From the NCBI GenBank assembly GCA_905251635.1, contig CAJNOT010002579.1:1574-25398 (forward strand): DNA of 23,825 nt, in the 5' to 3' direction. The position numbers and the translations under genes are program-made. Each line of letters begins with the position of its first letter. Position 1 is the stretch's first letter. The DNA is from Rotaria sordida (taxonomy: Eukaryota). Positions 20,600-23,825 of this stretch are shown here, piece by piece. A model generated the notes under the pieces. The model made no database searches. It worked only from the letters and a program-made list of their open reading frames with translations, and was not told the origin of the DNA.

Positions 20600-22000
20600 A
20601 TTTTAGGATCTAGTTTGAAGTGAATAAGTTAATTGAACATACTCATACTGGAAATAATTCTAATCCCACGCGTACTCAGAAGAATGGCATATATTCGACC
20701 TCTATTCTGAACTGCGAAAGTACTCGAATAGTATACTGTTTGAAATTATGCGCTTGCAATGTGATGCATGCCCACCATGAGTTGTGAGATTTTTGCAACC
20801 AAGTAGAAGAATAGTTGAATTGCTTTATGTTCAGAATGATTTCATATCCATTTGATAGTCAATCATGTGATCTGATGTCAGATTTCATTTCAAAATGAAT
20901 AATATATTCAATGGGTACAATACAGCTGGAAGTAGAACCATTTCGTTTTTATGTACTTCTCGGTATGATCCAAATTATTGTCTTTTGAGAACAAGTCAAT
21001 AGACTATTTGAATTTGATTACTGTCTCACAAATTTATTACCATAAGCATCATATTTCATGTAAATCAAGCATACTCTTGGTTTTATTACATGATTTATTT
21101 GAACAAAATCTTGCTTCAAATAATTCATCAGTCATGTAGTCTTCAATCATGAGCCTCACTGTTACTAGCTACTTGATAATAACATAAATGAACATGATTT
21201 TGCTTGAGATAATCCATATGCCATGCGTTGACTAGCAATCTTTTCTCGTGACATCCGTATTTCGAGAGTAAAGTAATTGAATGCGACCTTACTCAGGATA
21301 ATTCAAAAGCTATGCGCCGTGCAACTTTATGTTCTTTTGACATTGATAAGTAGAAAGTAAAATAAATGAACACGACCTTGGTTAGGATAATTCATATACT
21401 GTACACTCGATAATAACATCTTCTGATATTAGTGATCGGTTCAGAAATAAATAATTGAACACGATCTTGCTATGGATATTTCATATGCCATGTGTTGTTC
21501 AATGTTGTATTCTACTGTTATTGATAGCTAAAGAGTAAAATAATTGAATACGAACTTAATTGAGATGATCCATATACCATGGAATTAACAATATTCTGTG
21601 TTCATGACATCTATAGATAGAGAGTAAAATAATTGAACACGACCTTACTGAGAATAATTCACATGCAATATGCTGCTCAAGGTTACGTTCTCGCTGCTAT
21701 TAACAATTAGAGAATAAAATAATTGAATACAAACTTAATTAGGATAATTCATGTTCCATGCACCACTTAAATCTTATTTTTCACTATTATCGATTGCTCG
21801 GGAGTAAAATAATTTCATAAGACCTTTCTTTGATATATTTCTTTGTAGCGTAATCCTCTAAAACAATGTATGTAGCCAATGCTTGATCTGGATATGCGCG
21901 AAAAACGAATACACCTATTGTTAATGCTATATATTTTTTGTTTAGACCTTCATCATGAGATGTTTCATTAAATTTTTGATGCAATGAGGACCATATATAT
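20600..22000 (+). repeat. Degenerate tandem satellite, subfamily B, period ~90 bp, diffuse downstream edge
   Basis: Core 'GAGAGTAAAATAATTGAACACGACCTTACTNAGGATAATTCATATGCCATGTG'. Anchors at ~21184, 21274, 21363, 21452, 21541, 21630, 21720, 21810. Confidence 0.85.
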
Positions 22001-23357
22001 GAACAGAAAGCTACCGGTTGGAATGATTCATGTGTTAAATGACATTTGATGGCATGATCCAGAGATCTAGTTCACTTGAAGTGTTCAGTATATATGAACA
22101 AAGCTATACTTATGCTTGAAATGATTTATCAGCTTTGCAATCTAGCACTATATGATGAACTTTTATATTGCATTGTCGATCATGTACATAGTTGAAGAAA
22201 GCCTTGGTTGAAACTTCTCATTTGTAGCGTATCAATTATTCGATGAGTAAATGATGCTCCAGTATTTCTTCAGAGGAAGATTTTTTGAACAGATACTTTA
22301 TAAAAAATGTTCTACTAGTATACGAGAAGTTCTACTTGAATAACACACAATACATTGTTTGCAAGCGAATGATATATTTGAATAGACTTATACTTCAGTT
22401 TATTCGTTTTCGCGATGACATGAATCTTCATCATAACAACAAAAGCCTTGTCTCACAGTTAATAATATATATGAAAGGACTGATTGTTGCTGAAGTTCAC
22501 TTACCATGCATTTAGTAATTAGATAAAAAACTTCAGTTTTAATTCGAAGTGTTGACTAAAGATTGAATAGAATACTTGTTAGGACCATTCAATTTTTGAT
22601 TGATTTTCAATCACATAATGCTTGCAATGATTTACTTCGAATTAAATATTGAATTCGAACGCAAGTATTGTAATGGCTATTCCTACAGTATGTGATCAAA
22701 TATGTGGTGTTCTATTAAATATTCATCTCTGAGTTTAGAACAAACGTGAATACTTTTTGTGTAGATGCAGTACTAATAAAAACTATAAGAAACAATGGTC
22801 CAGTGACTTCAGACATAAAATAATCTCGTTTGATTTCTTCATATACATTTATGCAACTGCACATCTTCATAAACTTGCGATGCTAGATGAATGTAACATA
22901 ATGTCGAAGAGCGTTTTTTTTATTATATATACTTTCAAAAAGGTTTTTTTCAGCGTTTAAAAATACTACCTAACACAAAATCTAATAAACTTAGAGTACT
23001 TTCGTGTAGCTTAAAACATTAACATGATAAATTTCTGATCTGGAACAGAGACTTTACATCAAATTACTATTCGATAGTCAAGGTTTCCCTAATTGCTAGT
23101 GTCCTGGTTCTTGATTGCACTGTTCAATTTTTGCTCTCTATTTTATCACAGTGAGCATCGTTTTTTTTATCTTGAAAGATTCTTATTTTTTTACAAAATT
23201 ACCATTTTTATCCGATTCCAGTCTCAATAAATACTTTACATGAGAACACGGTAAAGATACTCCATCCTAACGAAGAGTTTGTTTTCTTGACTATTAACGG
23301 AGTCGAACACTGCGGACTTTAACGCCGTGTATCTTATCAATCTCATCCAGACCGGTA

Positions 23358-23579
23358 TCATGGCATATCTAACCAAAAAAAGATTTTATGTGGTATTTGA
23401 TCTGATTGTAAACAAGTAGGGCTCGCCGCTAAAGCTTGCTTAAACCTTCGACTGAACTCGATCACATCTTCATTTGTTATCACCTGCTGCAATTTGCTTT
23501 GAGAACTGTTGCTGAGCACGCACTCATCTATAGATATCCGTTTATAATATCGTCGTTGAAAAGTATTTTCTAAAAAGAT
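23358..23579 (-). CDS. Candidate terminal exon: IFLENTFQRRYYKRISIDECVLSNSSQSKLQQVITNEDVIEFSRRFKQALAASPTCLQSDQIPHKIFFWLDMP*
   Basis: 74 codons open with mixed coding-like composition, preceded by a possible acceptor (aaagctcag|ATC). Absent from the ORF track because it has no early ATG. Confidence 0.4.
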   Translation of the reverse strand: MFLENTFQRRYYKRISIDECVLSNSSQSKLQQVITNEDVIEFSRRFKQALAASPTCLQSDQIPHKIFFWLDMP

Positions 23580-23825
23580 CTGAGCTTTCTAGTTTCTGTC
23601 AAGATTTTCTCAAACAAACCTCAGTATACAGCTCACAGTTGGTCGTTGGTGATCCTCAATATGTTTCAGTAGCACCGAAGAAGGTTATCAAAATGCACTT
23701 CTTATCTACATGTAAACTTTCAATAGTATGTAATGAATATAAGAAGCAGATTATTTGATGTGAAGCAGTCCGATCGAGATTTTAGATGGTATCGTGGAAA
23801 TGGAACTGAAACTTATACGATCATA

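Noticed and set aside
18350-22000. Regularly spaced repeats considered as a CRISPR-like array
   Set aside because: The whole ~90-bp unit is repeated and diverged. There are no short conserved repeats with unique spacers, and the context is eukaryotic.
1-23825. tRNA/rRNA genes and autonomous retroelement or transposase ORFs
   Set aside because: No GGTTCRANYCC-type B-box context, conserved rRNA core, reverse transcriptase, integrase or DDE transposase motifs were recognised in any frame. A tRNAscan-SE/Infernal run would be needed to exclude short RNAs.

Overview
The window looks like eukaryotic DNA, most likely from a bdelloid rotifer. That is an inference from the ADP-ribosyltransferase+TPR gene architecture, ~50-100 nt introns and TGTGGG-like telomeric motifs. 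Contents: (1) One strong intact gene on the minus strand (2148-4268, 706 aa), an intronless R-S-ExE ADP-ribosyltransferase with C-terminal kinesin-light-chain-like TPRs. (2) A plus-strand multi-exon gene that the ORF track misses almost entirely. I assembled it by hand from phase-compatible exons between ~9.7 and ~18 kb, with a possible first exon at 7.8 kb. It has a polar N-terminal region built from apparently duplicated phase 0-0 exons, a basic juxtamembrane segment, one Cys/Ala/Leu-rich transmembrane segment and a Thr-rich mucin-like stalk. (3) A ~1 kb imperfect palindrome (about 8656-9682) in which each arm carries about three ~165-185 bp sub-repeats. (4) A ~340 bp direct duplication; one copy is bounded by oppositely oriented telomere-like GGGTGTGGGTGTG/CACCCATACCCACA blocks. 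(5) A >3.5 kb very degenerate ~90-93 bp tandem satellite (~18.35-22 kb) that drifts from one subfamily to another. (6) A coding-like minus-strand terminal exon at the right edge. No convincing tRNA, rRNA, CRISPR array or prokaryotic system was seen. All splice models are manual and untested.
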